From Gemmiger sp. (GTDB lineage: Bacteria; Bacillota; Clostridia; Oscillospirales; Ruminococcaceae), in NCBI GenBank assembly GCA_051886555.1, contig JBJEYG010000393.1:1-42330 (forward strand): 42,330 nt of DNA, written 5' to 3'. Below, in pieces: positions 28,222-37,629 of this stretch. The position numbers and the translations under genes were made by a program. The notes below the pieces were generated by a model that did no database searches, was not told the origin of the DNA, and was given only the letters and a program-made list of their open reading frames with translations. The stretch's first letter is position 1. Each line of letters opens with the position of its first letter.

Positions 28222-29157
28222 ATGGCAAAATACAAAATTTTTATTGACGGCAGCGCCGGCACCACCGGCCTGCGCATTGCCGACCGTCTGGCCGCCCGGC
28301 CGGAATTTGAACTGCTGACCATCAGCGGGGAGGGCCGTAAGGACCTGCACGCCCGCGCGCAGGCCATCAACAGCGCCGATCTGGCGTTTCTTTGTCTGCC
28401 GGACGACGCCGCCCGGGAGGTTGTGCCGCTGCTGCGCCCCGGCGTGCGCGTGCTGGACACTTCCACCGCGCACCGTACCGCGGCGGACTGGGTTTACGGT
28501 CTGCCCGAACTGCACGGCAGCCGCGAAGCGATACGCGCCGCCAACCGCGTGGCGGTGCCCGGCTGCTACGCCACCGGTTTTATCACGCTGGCGGCCCCGC
28601 TGGTGCGCACCGGCGTGCTGCGGCCGGATTATCCTTTTACCTGCTGCGGGTTGTCGGGCTATTCCGGCGCCGGCAAGAGCGGCATCGCCCAGTACACCGA
28701 CCCGGCGCGGGACGCCGCCTATGACAGCCCCCGCCCTTACGCCCTGACGCTGCATCACAAGCATCTGCCGGAGATGCAGGCGGTCTCCGGGCTGAGCGCG
28801 CCGCCGGTGTTCTGCCCGGTGGTGGACGACTATTACAGCGGTATGGAAGTGACCGTCCCGCTGCGGCTGGATCTGGCAGGCCGCACCGCCGGCGAGATCG
28901 CCGGCGCACTGGCCGGCTATTACGCGGGCGAGCCGCTGGTGACCGTGCATCCGCTGGGGGAGGCGCCCGCTTTTCTGCCGGCGAACACGCTGTCCGGCAA
29001 GGACAGCCTGGAGATCTACACCACGGTCTCTCCGGACGGCAGCCAGATGCTGCTGATCAGCCTGTTCGACAACTTGGGCAAGGGCAGCTCGGGCGCGGCG
29101 GTGCAGTGCATGAACCTGATGCTGGGCCTGCCCGAGACGGCAGGGCTGGAATACTGA
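28222..29157 (+). CDS. argC: N-acetyl-gamma-glutamyl-phosphate reductase (short, type 2)
   Basis: IFIDGSAGTTG, PGCYATG, SGYSGAG, HKHLPEM and DNLGKG motifs. Confidence 0.96.
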   Translation: MAKYKIFIDGSAGTTGLRIADRLAARPEFELLTISGEGRKDLHARAQAINSADLAFLCLPDDAAREVVPLLRPGVRVLDTSTAHRTAADWVYGLPELHGSREAIRAANRVAVPGCYATGFITLAAPLVRTGVLRPDYPFTCCGLSGYSGAGKSGIAQYTDPARDAAYDSPRPYALTLHHKHLPEMQAVSGLSAPPVFCPVVDDYYSGMEVTVPLRLDLAGRTAGEIAGALAGYYAGEPLVTVHPLGEAPAFLPANTLSGKDSLEIYTTVSPDGSQMLLISLFDNLGKGSSGAAVQCMNLMLGLPETAGLEY

Positions 29158-29196
29158 ACTTCCCCGCAGGGGAATCGTGGGAAAGAGGAAAAGAAC

Positions 29197-30426
29197 ATGA
29201 AGGAATACAACGTCATTGAAGGCGGCGTCTGCGCCGCCAGAGGCTTTTCGGCTGCCGGCGTGCATGCCGGCATCCGCCACAACCCCGGCAAGCTGGACCT
29301 TGCCATCATCAAGGCAGACGTGCGCTGCGCGGCGGCGGGCGTATTCACCACCAACAAGGTGTACGGCGCCCCCATCAAGGTGGACCGCGCCCATCTGGCC
29401 GACGGCTACGCCCAGGCCATTCTTGTCAACAGCGGCAACGCCAACACCTGCGCCGCCAACGGCGTGGATCTGGCCAACGCGTGCTGCGAGATCGCGGCGA
29501 AGGAGCTGGGCGTCTGCGCCGGCGACGTGCTGCCTGCTTCCACCGGCGTGATCGGTCAGCCGATGGTCATCGACCCGTTTGCGGCGGGCATTCCCGCTGC
29601 CGCCCGTGCGCTGGAGGCTACTCCTCAGGGCAGCAATCTGGCGGCGAAAGCCATCATGACCACCGATACCTACGAAAAGGAATACGCCATCGAGTTTGAG
29701 CTGGGCGGCAAAACCTGCCGGCTGGGCGCCATCGGCAAGGGCAGCGGCATGATCGCACCCAACATGGCCACCATGCTGGCTTTCTACACCACCGACGCGG
29801 CCGTCAGCCCCGCAATGCTGAAAAAGGCGCTGCAAGCGGTGGTTCCCACCACCTACAACCAGATGAGCGTCGATCTGGACACCTCCACCAACGATACGCT
29901 GTTGCTGCTGGCTTCCGGTCTGGCGGGCAATGCGCCGGTGGAGAGCGAAGGCCCTGAGTACGAAAAGTTCCTGGCGGCGCTGGGCGCAGTGGCCGGGCAC
30001 ATGTGCGCGCTGCACGCCAGCGACGGCGAGGGCGCTACCCATCTGATCACCTGCGAGGTGACTTCCGCCCCCGACCATGCCACCGCCCGCGCCGTGGCCA
30101 AAAGCGTGGTGTGCTCCAACCTGTTCAAGGCGGCGGTGTTCGGCCGCGACGCCAACTGGGGCCGCATCCTGTGCGCCATCGGGTACACCCCCGGCGACTT
30201 TTCCGTCGACAAGGTGTCGGTGCGCATCGCCAGCGCGGCGGGCGAAGTGTTCGTCTGTGAAAACGCCGCCTACCACCCCTTCAGCGAGGAGGAAGCATAC
30301 AAGGTACTGGGCGAGCATGACATCCTTGTGAAGGTGGACATGGGCACCGGCACCGCCTCCGGCAAGGCCTGGGGCTGCGACCTGACCTACGATTACGTCC
30401 GGATCAACGGCGATTACCGCACCTGA
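29197..30426 (+). CDS. argJ: Ornithine acetyltransferase / amino-acid acetyltransferase
   Basis: NSGNAN, STGVIG, KGSGMIAPNMATML, DTSTND, DGEGAT and YVRINGDYRT motifs. Confidence 0.97.
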   Translation: MKEYNVIEGGVCAARGFSAAGVHAGIRHNPGKLDLAIIKADVRCAAAGVFTTNKVYGAPIKVDRAHLADGYAQAILVNSGNANTCAANGVDLANACCEIAAKELGVCAGDVLPASTGVIGQPMVIDPFAAGIPAAARALEATPQGSNLAAKAIMTTDTYEKEYAIEFELGGKTCRLGAIGKGSGMIAPNMATMLAFYTTDAAVSPAMLKKALQAVVPTTYNQMSVDLDTSTNDTLLLLASGLAGNAPVESEGPEYEKFLAALGAVAGHMCALHASDGEGATHLITCEVTSAPDHATARAVAKSVVCSNLFKAAVFGRDANWGRILCAIGYTPGDFSVDKVSVRIASAAGEVFVCENAAYHPFSEEEAYKVLGEHDILVKVDMGTGTASGKAWGCDLTYDYVRINGDYRT

Positions 30427-30517
30427 TCCGTCCGGCGAAAGCCCCCATCCCCGCGCGGCCGGTGCTTTCCGGCCCGCCGCGCCGATTCAGCCAACCATCA
30501 ACCAGAGGAGCATTCCT

Positions 30518-31372
30518 ATGAAAAACGAAGAAATGGCGCTGCTTTTTTCCGAAGCAACGCCCTACATTCAAAAATACCACGGCAAAACGCTGGTCATCAA
30601 ATACGGCGGCAACGCCATGGTCAACGATACGCTGAAACTGGCCGTTATGAACGACCTGGTCACGCTGACGCTGCTGGGCGTCCGGGTGGTGCTGGTACAC
30701 GGCGGCGGCCCGGCCATCAACCAGATGCTGAAAAAGGTGGGCAAGGAATCCAAATTCGTCAACGGCCTGCGCTACACCGACGAGGAGACAATGGCCATCG
30801 TTCAGCAGGTTCTGGCCGGTCAGGTCAACAAGGATCTGGTGGCGCTGCTCAAAGGCCGCGGCGTCGGGCTGTGCGGCATGGACGGCCACACCATCACCTG
30901 CTCGCGCAAAACCGATATGGATCTGGGGTATGTGGGCAACATCGAACAGGTGGACACCACACTGATCGAACATCTGCTGGCGGACGGCTTCATCCCCGTC
31001 ATCGCCACCGTCGGCATGGATGAAAACGGCATTCCCTACAACATCAACGCCGACACCGCTGCCGCTGCCATCGCCATTGCGCTGCGGGCCGAAAAGCTCG
31101 TCTCCATGACGGACATTGTCGGTCTGCTGTACGACAAGGACGACGATTCCACCCTGATTTCCGAAGTGGAAGTTTCGGAGATCGACGGCTACAAGGCCGC
31201 AGGCGTTATCAGCGGCGGTATGCTGCCCAAAATCGAGGGCATGGCGGACGCCATCTACCAGGGCGTACATGAAGCGGTCATCATCGACGGGCGCGTGCCC
31301 CATTCGGTGCTGCTGGAGATGTTCTCCGACCGCGGTTCCGGCACGCTGTTCTACCGCCGCGGCAGCCGCTGA
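30518..31372 (+). CDS. argB: Acetylglutamate kinase
   Basis: IKYGGNAM, VHGGGP, GLRYTD, NINAD and GGMLPK motifs. Confidence 0.97.
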   Translation: MKNEEMALLFSEATPYIQKYHGKTLVIKYGGNAMVNDTLKLAVMNDLVTLTLLGVRVVLVHGGGPAINQMLKKVGKESKFVNGLRYTDEETMAIVQQVLAGQVNKDLVALLKGRGVGLCGMDGHTITCSRKTDMDLGYVGNIEQVDTTLIEHLLADGFIPVIATVGMDENGIPYNINADTAAAAIAIALRAEKLVSMTDIVGLLYDKDDDSTLISEVEVSEIDGYKAAGVISGGMLPKIEGMADAIYQGVHEAVIIDGRVPHSVLLEMFSDRGSGTLFYRRGSR

Positions 31373-31387
31373 GGAAGGAGTTTTGCA

Positions 31388-32584
31388 ATGGACACCAAAA
31401 AAGTCATCAAACGTGACGATAAATACGTCATGCACACCTATGCCCGCAGCCCCATCGCGCTGCACCACGGCCACGGCATGACCGTCGTGGACGCCGACGG
31501 CAAGCAGTATCTGGACTTCACCTCCGGTATCGGCGTCAATAGTCTGGGGTTCACCGACGCCGGCTGGATCGGCGCCGTCACCGCCCAGCTCAACACCCTT
31601 CAGCACACCTCCAATCTGTACTACACCGCCCCCTGCGGCAAGCTGGCCAAACTGCTTTGCCGCCGCACCGGTATGGCGCAGGTATTCTTCGGCAATTCCG
31701 GCGCGGAGGCCAACGAGGGCGCCATCAAATGCGCCCGCAAGTACAGCGTAACCCATTACGGCGAGGGCCGCAGCAAGGTGTTGTCGCTGACCAACTCCTT
31801 CCACGGCCGCACGCTGGCCACGCTGACCGCCACCGGCCAGGATGTGTTCCACCACGATTTCGGGCCGTTCCCCGGCGCGTTTGACTATGTGCCCGCCAAT
31901 GATTTCGACGCCTTCACCGCCGCTGTGGACGACACGGTTTGCGCCGTGATCATGGAGATGGTACAGGGCGAGGGCGGCGTCAACGCCCTGGATGCGGATT
32001 ACGTCCACAAGGTCGCCGATTACTGCGCCGCCCACGACATTCTGATTCTGGACGACGAGGTGCAGACCGGCGTGGGCCGCACCGGCACCTTCCTGGCCTG
32101 CCAGCACTACGGCATTCAGCCGGATGTGGTGTCGCTGGCCAAGGGCCTGGGCGGCGGACTGCCCATCGGCGCCGTGCTCGCCTGCGAAAAGGTCGCCGCC
32201 TGCATGGGCCCCGGCAGCCACGGTTCCACCTTCGGCGGCAATCCGGTGGTGTGCGCCGGCGCCGTAGCGGTGGTGGAGCGCATGGACAATGCGTTTCTGG
32301 AAAACGTCAATGCCCGCGCGGTGCAGCTGCGTGCCGGGCTGGCGCAGCTGCCCCATGTCACCGGTGTCAGCGGTCTGGGGCTGATGGTGGGCGTTTCGCT
32401 GGAAGCCGGCATCCGGGCGGCCGACGTGCGCAGGGCCTGCGAACAGCAGGGCCTGCTGGTGCTGACCGCCAAAGACCGCCTGCGCCTGCTGCCGCCGCTG
32501 ATCCTGACGCCCGATGATGTGGAGCGGGCGCTGCACGTTCTGGGAAAGGTGCTCGGCGGCATGACCCCAAAAACGGAGGAATAA
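31388..32584 (+). CDS. argD: Acetylornithine aminotransferase
   Basis: NSGAEANE, SFHGRT, QGEGG, DEVQTG, AKGLGGG and HGSTFGGNP motifs. Confidence 0.96.
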   Translation: MDTKKVIKRDDKYVMHTYARSPIALHHGHGMTVVDADGKQYLDFTSGIGVNSLGFTDAGWIGAVTAQLNTLQHTSNLYYTAPCGKLAKLLCRRTGMAQVFFGNSGAEANEGAIKCARKYSVTHYGEGRSKVLSLTNSFHGRTLATLTATGQDVFHHDFGPFPGAFDYVPANDFDAFTAAVDDTVCAVIMEMVQGEGGVNALDADYVHKVADYCAAHDILILDDEVQTGVGRTGTFLACQHYGIQPDVVSLAKGLGGGLPIGAVLACEKVAACMGPGSHGSTFGGNPVVCAGAVAVVERMDNAFLENVNARAVQLRAGLAQLPHVTGVSGLGLMVGVSLEAGIRAADVRRACEQQGLLVLTAKDRLRLLPPLILTPDDVERALHVLGKVLGGMTPKTEE

Positions 32585-32587
32585 GTT

Positions 32588-33502
32588 TTGGAACATCTGT
32601 TGAAACTGCGCGACCTCTCGCCGGAGGAACTGCGGCATATTCTGGACGTGGCCGACACCCTCAAGCGTCTGCGCAAGCAGGGGCAGAACCCGCAGTATCT
32701 GGCGGGCAAATCAGTGGCGCTGATCTTCGGCAAAGCCTCCACCCGCACCCGCACCAGCCTGCAGGTGGGCGTCTACCAGATGGGGGGCCTGGGCACCTAT
32801 CTGAACGCCGGCACCGAGCTGCAATCCTCCCGCGGGGAACCGGTGCGCGATACCGCTCGCACGCTTGGCCGCTATTATGACGCCATCGTCTGCCGTACCT
32901 TCAAGCAGGCCGACCTGGAGGAACTTGCCCGGTGGAGCGGCGTGCCGGTGATCTCCGGCATGACCGACTATGCTCACCCGCTGCAGGTGCTTACCGACCT
33001 GATGACGGTGCGTGAGCATTACGGCAAACTGGAGGGCCTGCGCGTAGGCTTTGTCGGCGACGGCTACAACATGGCCAACAGCCTGATCGTCGGCTGCCTC
33101 ATGATGGGTATGTCCTTCACGATCGCCTGCCCCAGGGGGTACCGTCCCTCCGCCGATGTGCTGTTCTTTGCAAAACAGTACGGCGACCGGTTCCGTCTGA
33201 CCACCGACCCGGCCGAGGCGGCAAAGGACGCCGACGTGCTGTTTACCGACGTGTGGATCAGCATGGGCATGGAGCGGGAAACCGAGCGCCGGCGCCGCGA
33301 TTTCGCCGGTTACCAGGTAAGTTCGGCGCTGCTTCGGCTGGCCCATCCGGGCTGCATGGTGCAACACCCGCTGCCCGCCCACCGCGGTGAGGAGATCACC
33401 GACGAGGTGATGGAAGCCCACGCGGATGAAATTTTTGAGGAAGCAGAAAACCGCCTGCATGTGGAGAAGGCCGTTCTGGCCATTCTGCTGGCAGGGCAGT
33501 GA
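32588..33502 (+). CDS. argF: Ornithine carbamoyltransferase (divergent motifs)
   Basis: STRTR, HPLQ, DVWISMG, HPLP.HRGEE and ENRLH motifs; TTG start after GGAGG; last gene of the arg operon. Confidence 0.88.
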   Translation: MEHLLKLRDLSPEELRHILDVADTLKRLRKQGQNPQYLAGKSVALIFGKASTRTRTSLQVGVYQMGGLGTYLNAGTELQSSRGEPVRDTARTLGRYYDAIVCRTFKQADLEELARWSGVPVISGMTDYAHPLQVLTDLMTVREHYGKLEGLRVGFVGDGYNMANSLIVGCLMMGMSFTIACPRGYRPSADVLFFAKQYGDRFRLTTDPAEAAKDADVLFTDVWISMGMERETERRRRDFAGYQVSSALLRLAHPGCMVQHPLPAHRGEEITDEVMEAHADEIFEEAENRLHVEKAVLAILLAGQ

Positions 33503-33507
33503 TTCCG

Positions 33508-33544
33508 GTCCCCGGCGAAAAGTTTTCGCCGGGGACATCTTTCT
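33508..33544 (+). terminator. arg operon terminator
   Basis: 14-bp inverted repeat gtccccggcgaaaa/ttttcgccggggac followed by atctttct. Confidence 0.7.
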
Positions 33545-33614
33545 GCCGTGCAGCAGATATGTTATAATCAAAAAGGAACGCCCCCGGCCGGGCGTTGCGC
33601 AGGAGGAGAAGGAC

Positions 33615-34133
33615 ATGGGACTGCTGAATGTGATTCAGACCAAAACCGGCGAGGCGCGGGCGAAGGAAAAGATCCGCCCGCTGCTGGAAAGCCGTATGAT
33701 GCGGGATATTTTAATGGAGATTGGCCAGCGCGGCACCGAGCGGCTGGACCCGCAGAGCGTGCCGCTGGCTCAGCGGGAACGCGCGGCACAGCTTGCCAGT
33801 GAATGCGGCACGGCAGGGCTGAAGCAGTCGGTGGTGGATGAGGTCCGTTTGGACGAGTGCGGCATCGTACTGGTGGTGAACGGCGAACCGACCGAGTTCT
33901 TCTATGCCGATTACAATTATGAAAATATTGAGGATACCGACTGCCTGCCCGCGGTGGCGCAGTATCTGGTGCAGCACATGCAGGGGTACTATAACATCAC
34001 CCAGACCTTCCACACGGTCCCCAAAGCCAAGGGCAAAGGCACCTCCAAAAAAACGCTGATGGTGTTCATCCGCCGCCATCATGAGGACTCCCCCTTCAAC
34101 CCGCAGCCGGTGCGCAGGCAGAAGCTGTTCTGA
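33615..34133 (+). CDS. Hypothetical protein (172 aa)
   Basis: Extended -10 TGTTATAAT at 33560-33568, AGGAGG RBS, host-like codon style. No motif recognised. Confidence 0.8.
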   Translation: MGLLNVIQTKTGEARAKEKIRPLLESRMMRDILMEIGQRGTERLDPQSVPLAQRERAAQLASECGTAGLKQSVVDEVRLDECGIVLVVNGEPTEFFYADYNYENIEDTDCLPAVAQYLVQHMQGYYNITQTFHTVPKAKGKGTSKKTLMVFIRRHHEDSPFNPQPVRRQKLF

Positions 34134-34161
34134 TCCGGGGGCGGAAAATGCGTGAAAAAAT

Positions 34162-34190
34162 TTGACGCGGCGCTTTGGGTTTGATATAAT
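34162..34190 (+). promoter_or_regulatory. Near-consensus sigma-A promoter of the tRNA
   Basis: TTGACG-N17-TATAAT with an extended -10 TG. Confidence 0.85.
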
Positions 34191-34256
34191 ACTATGGACG
34201 GCATACCACGAAGCCATCGTGAGGCGCCGCAGCCAGCCGCGCGGAAAACTTTATAG

Positions 34257-34345
34257 GCAGACGTATCGAAGCGGTCGTAACGAGATTGACTCGAAATCAA
34301 TTTGACAGCAATGTCACGTGGGTTCGAATCCCACCGTCTGCGCCA
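34257..34345 (+). tRNA. tRNA-Ser(CGA)
   Basis: Acceptor GCAGACG/CGTCTGC plus G-CCA; anticodon arm ATTGA-CTCGAAA-TCAAT; long variable arm TGACA-GCAA-TGTCA; T arm GTGGG-TTCGAAT-CCCAC. Confidence 0.96.
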
Positions 34346-34422
34346 ATTCTCCAGTGAGGGCTTACGCCTTCACTGGAGAATTTTCATTCGGGAACCGCCC
34401 TGCGTTTGCCGGGTGGTTTTTT
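34345..34422 (+). terminator. Two hairpins/terminators after the tRNA
   Basis: aattctccagtgagggc-ttac-gccttcactggagaatt(tt), then aaccgccc...gggtggtt(tttt). Confidence 0.7.
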
Positions 34423-34446
34423 CACAGAAAGGCACGCCGGCGCGCG

Positions 34447-34475
34447 TTGAAAAGCAGCCCCGCGTGTGGTATAAT
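34447..34475 (+). promoter_or_regulatory. Sigma-A promoter of the GT8-GT2-GT2 islet
   Basis: TTGAAA-N17-TATAAT with an extended -10 TG. Confidence 0.8.
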
Positions 34476-34556
34476 GTGCCGGATAAAAACAATCGTTTTT
34501 ATTATTGGTATTTGTTTTCAGAGGGGACTTTTCAGGGTGATATCCAGAGGTTTGGT

Positions 34557-35567
34557 ATGAATATCTGCTATGCAACCGATGACAATTTTTGTATGCAGAC
34601 CGGTGTCAGCATACTGTCCGTTTTGAGCCATTGTCCGCGCGGCCGTGTGTCGCTTTACATTCTGGACGCGGGGATCTGCCCGGCGAACCAGCGCCTTCTT
34701 CGGCAGATCGCCGGCGATTGGGGTGCGCAGATCTCATTTTTGGACGCAAGGCCGTTTCTTGGCACCGTCCATGCGATGGGGCAAAAAATGTGGGGGGATA
34801 TTCCCACCTACGCCACATGGGCAAGGTTATTTTTGCCGGAGCTTCTGCCCGAATCGGTGCACCGTGTTTTGTATCTGGACGGAGATGTGGTTGCCGCAAA
34901 CGATTGCAGCGCATTGTTCTCACAGGAAATGGGCGGCCAGCCGCTGGCTGCCGTGGAAGACTGCGTGACAACCGGCTACCGCCAAACGCTGGGGTTGAAG
35001 CCCGGATCGCCTTACTGCAATGCGGGCGTGCTGTTGATCGACATGGACGCCTGGCGGTCGGATTATTGCGCCGGGTGGCCCGAAACCTGGCTCCGCTCCG
35101 GGCAGATCTACCCGATGGCGGATCAGGACATCATCAACCTGATGTTTGAGGGCCGCATTTGTCTTTTGCCGCTCCGCTATAACCTCACCAGCTGGTTTCG
35201 CGCGCTCCGTCTGCCGGATCTGCAGAATCTTCTGGAGGACACCGCACTGTGCAGCTATACGGCGCAGGATGTGGATGCCTGTACCGCCGATCCCGTGTTC
35301 GTTCACTACAACACCTGCAGCCTGCTGGTTCGTCCCTGGTACCGCGGCGCAACCGATCCGGCTGCGCCGCTGTGGATGCGCTGCTTTCAGGCGAGCCCCT
35401 GGGCGTCCGAGCCATTGGAGGAGGAGCCCGAACGGCTGAGCAACGGTGAGAAACGGGACCGGCGCATCTATCAGCTCGTTGGCAGGCGCAGATTTGAACC
35501 GGTGCACCGCGCAGACCTGAAAATCCGACATTTTTTATCCAATTTATTTCACAGGAGAGCATTGTGA
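34557..35567 (+). CDS. Family 8 glycosyltransferase
   Basis: NICYATDDNF, RLFLP, VLYLDGD, NAGVLLID, DQDIIN and VHY motifs. Confidence 0.93.
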   Translation: MNICYATDDNFCMQTGVSILSVLSHCPRGRVSLYILDAGICPANQRLLRQIAGDWGAQISFLDARPFLGTVHAMGQKMWGDIPTYATWARLFLPELLPESVHRVLYLDGDVVAANDCSALFSQEMGGQPLAAVEDCVTTGYRQTLGLKPGSPYCNAGVLLIDMDAWRSDYCAGWPETWLRSGQIYPMADQDIINLMFEGRICLLPLRYNLTSWFRALRLPDLQNLLEDTALCSYTAQDVDACTADPVFVHYNTCSLLVRPWYRGATDPAAPLWMRCFQASPWASEPLEEEPERLSNGEKRDRRIYQLVGRRRFEPVHRADLKIRHFLSNLFHRRAL

Positions 35568-36508
35568 TTTCGGTGATCGTACCCGTGTTTCAGGCGGAGC
35601 GGTATTTGCCCGCCTGTATCGCCAGCCTGACTGCACAGACATTTCAAAAGACGGAAATCATTCTGGTGGACGACGGAAGCACAGACGGAAGTCCCGCGCT
35701 GTGTGACGCCTATGCCCGCAGCTACCGCCAGGTCCGCGTCATCCATCAGCAAAACGGCGGTGTATCCCGGGCAAGGAATGCGGGGATCCAGGCCGCTGCG
35801 GGCGATTTTCTTGCCTTTGTGGACGCGGACGACTGGGTCGAGCCTTTCTTTCTGGCGCACCTGCGGGAAGCCTTCGACGACAATGTGGATATGGCCCTGT
35901 GCGCCATGGAAGACGACCAGGGGCTGGCCTTAAAGCGGGAAACCATTCCCGTGGCCCGGCTGCAAATCCAACCGTCCCGGTATCTGTTTCATGTTTATAC
36001 CAGTTCCGTGTCGAACAAGCTTTTCCGTTCCTCCATCATCCGGGAGAACCATCTGCAATTCACGCCCGGAATGGGCCGAGGGGAGGATGCCTGTTTCACA
36101 ATGGGCTACCTTTCTCACAGCAGAATGATTTCGGTCGTCCCGGAAGTCGGCTACCACTACCGCCGGCATTCGGGTTCCGCCATGCACCATTTCAGCGAAT
36201 CCGCGTGCCGGGACGAATGCGCCCTGCTCCAAACGCAGTACGAATTTTTCCACCGCCATGCGCTTGGCGCGGAGGAAACCGCATACCGGCTGTGGGAATA
36301 CGGAAAAACGCTCTCTGTCCTGCGGGCAGCCGCCTCCGGAACCGGTGGCGAATTTGCCGGTTATGTGCGCATTCTGCAAAGCCAGCCCCGGTATGCCTGG
36401 AGCATTCAGAACCCGCCGGATGAGGCCGGAAAAAAGGGAAAGCTGGCCGCTCACCTTTGGAAAAAGGGCCGGCTCTCCTTGCTGAGACAACTGTTAAGAA
36501 CCATGTAG
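35564..36508 (+). CDS. Family 2 glycosyltransferase
   Basis: ISVIVPV, DDGSTD, SRARNAG, FVDADD and GED motifs; GTGA overlap with the GT8 stop. Confidence 0.93.
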   Translation: MISVIVPVFQAERYLPACIASLTAQTFQKTEIILVDDGSTDGSPALCDAYARSYRQVRVIHQQNGGVSRARNAGIQAAAGDFLAFVDADDWVEPFFLAHLREAFDDNVDMALCAMEDDQGLALKRETIPVARLQIQPSRYLFHVYTSSVSNKLFRSSIIRENHLQFTPGMGRGEDACFTMGYLSHSRMISVVPEVGYHYRRHSGSAMHHFSESACRDECALLQTQYEFFHRHALGAEETAYRLWEYGKTLSVLRAAASGTGGEFAGYVRILQSQPRYAWSIQNPPDEAGKKGKLAAHLWKKGRLSLLRQLLRTM

Positions 36509-36517
36509 GAGGGCGAA

Positions 36518-37507
36518 ATGGATCCACTGATTTCCGTTGTTGTGCCGGTCTATCAGGTAGCGGCGTATCTGGATCCCTGTGTTGAGAGCATTGTCGCGCA
36601 GACCTACCGCCAGCTGGAGATCATCCTGGTGGACGACGGCAGCACCGACGGCTCCGGGGCCCTGTGCGATCGCTGGGCGAAACGGGATCCCCGCATCCGG
36701 GTGATCCACCAAAGCAACCAGGGCCTTTCCATGGCAAGAAACGCGGGGATCGACGCGGCAAGCGGCCCGCTGCTCGCGTTTGTGGACAGCGACGATCTGC
36801 TGCACCCGACATGCTATGAAAAGCTGTACCGGGTCATGGTCGAATACGGCGTACCGTTGGTCCAATGTGATTTCTTCCCGTTTGAAAACCCGCAGGAACT
36901 CCCCGCGCCGCCGGATCAGCCGGAATGCACGCAGATGGATCGGGATACGGTGTTTCGGGGCATCACGGAGGAGCTGGTGGTCGCCTGGAATAAACTGTAC
37001 AAAACAGAGCTGTTTCGGCAGATCCGGTACCCGGCCGGGCGGCGCCATGAGGACGAGTTCGCGGCGCATCGGCTGTTCTGGGAAGCGGAGCGGCTGGCAT
37101 GGATCCACGAACCGCTTTATTTTTATCGCCAGCGCCCCGGAAGCATCACGGCGGGCACCGTTGACCTGCATACGCTGGACAGTCTGGACGCCATGCGGGA
37201 TCGGATCGACTTTTGCCTGTCCGTGGGTAGGCGGGATCTGGCCGTCTGGTCGATGGATACGCTGCTTGCCAACACCGAAAAACTGTATTTCCGGAAGAAG
37301 GAATTCCCGCCGGATGTCTGGAAAATTTTCTGTGCCGGGATCTCCGCAGACGCCCGCAGATGGCGGGGTTTGGAAAATACCGGGCAGAAACGCCGCTGGT
37401 TCTGGCTGCGTACCACGCCGGAACAGTGTCAGCGGGCGTTGAAACGCCAGCAAAAGAAGGAGCGGTGGCTGATTCCGCTGAAAAACAAACTGAAGCCGCG
37501 GGGATGA
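36518..37507 (+). CDS. Family 2 glycosyltransferase
   Basis: ISVVVPVY, DDGSTD, FVDSDD, WNKLY and HED motifs. Confidence 0.93.
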   Translation: MDPLISVVVPVYQVAAYLDPCVESIVAQTYRQLEIILVDDGSTDGSGALCDRWAKRDPRIRVIHQSNQGLSMARNAGIDAASGPLLAFVDSDDLLHPTCYEKLYRVMVEYGVPLVQCDFFPFENPQELPAPPDQPECTQMDRDTVFRGITEELVVAWNKLYKTELFRQIRYPAGRRHEDEFAAHRLFWEAERLAWIHEPLYFYRQRPGSITAGTVDLHTLDSLDAMRDRIDFCLSVGRRDLAVWSMDTLLANTEKLYFRKKEFPPDVWKIFCAGISADARRWRGLENTGQKRRWFWLRTTPEQCQRALKRQQKKERWLIPLKNKLKPRG

Positions 37508-37537
37508 ATTTGCAGCGCAAAAATTCCACATAAAACC

Positions 37538-37573
37538 AGCCCGGACCGGGGGATATATCCCCCGGTCCGGGCT
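37538..37573. terminator. Perfect 36-bp palindrome between convergent genes
   Basis: agcccggaccgggggatatatcccccggtccgggct. Confidence 0.75.
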
Positions 37574-37629
37574 AATTCTATGACGCGGCGCGCTCCCGCG
37601 TTAGAGCGTGCCGTTTGCTTCCTCGCGCG

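Noticed and set aside
34191-34256. Separate ncRNA or peptide in the tRNA leader
   Set aside because: No RBS or convincing structure; consistent with an ordinary precursor leader.
34257-34345. Selenocysteine or suppressor tRNA
   Set aside because: Anticodon CGA with a normal 7-bp acceptor stem and 5-bp T stem.
37508-37629. attR duplication of the tRNA 3' end bounding the GT islet
   Set aside because: Only about 6 nt (aattct) are shared and there is no integrase, so I did not call a mobile element.
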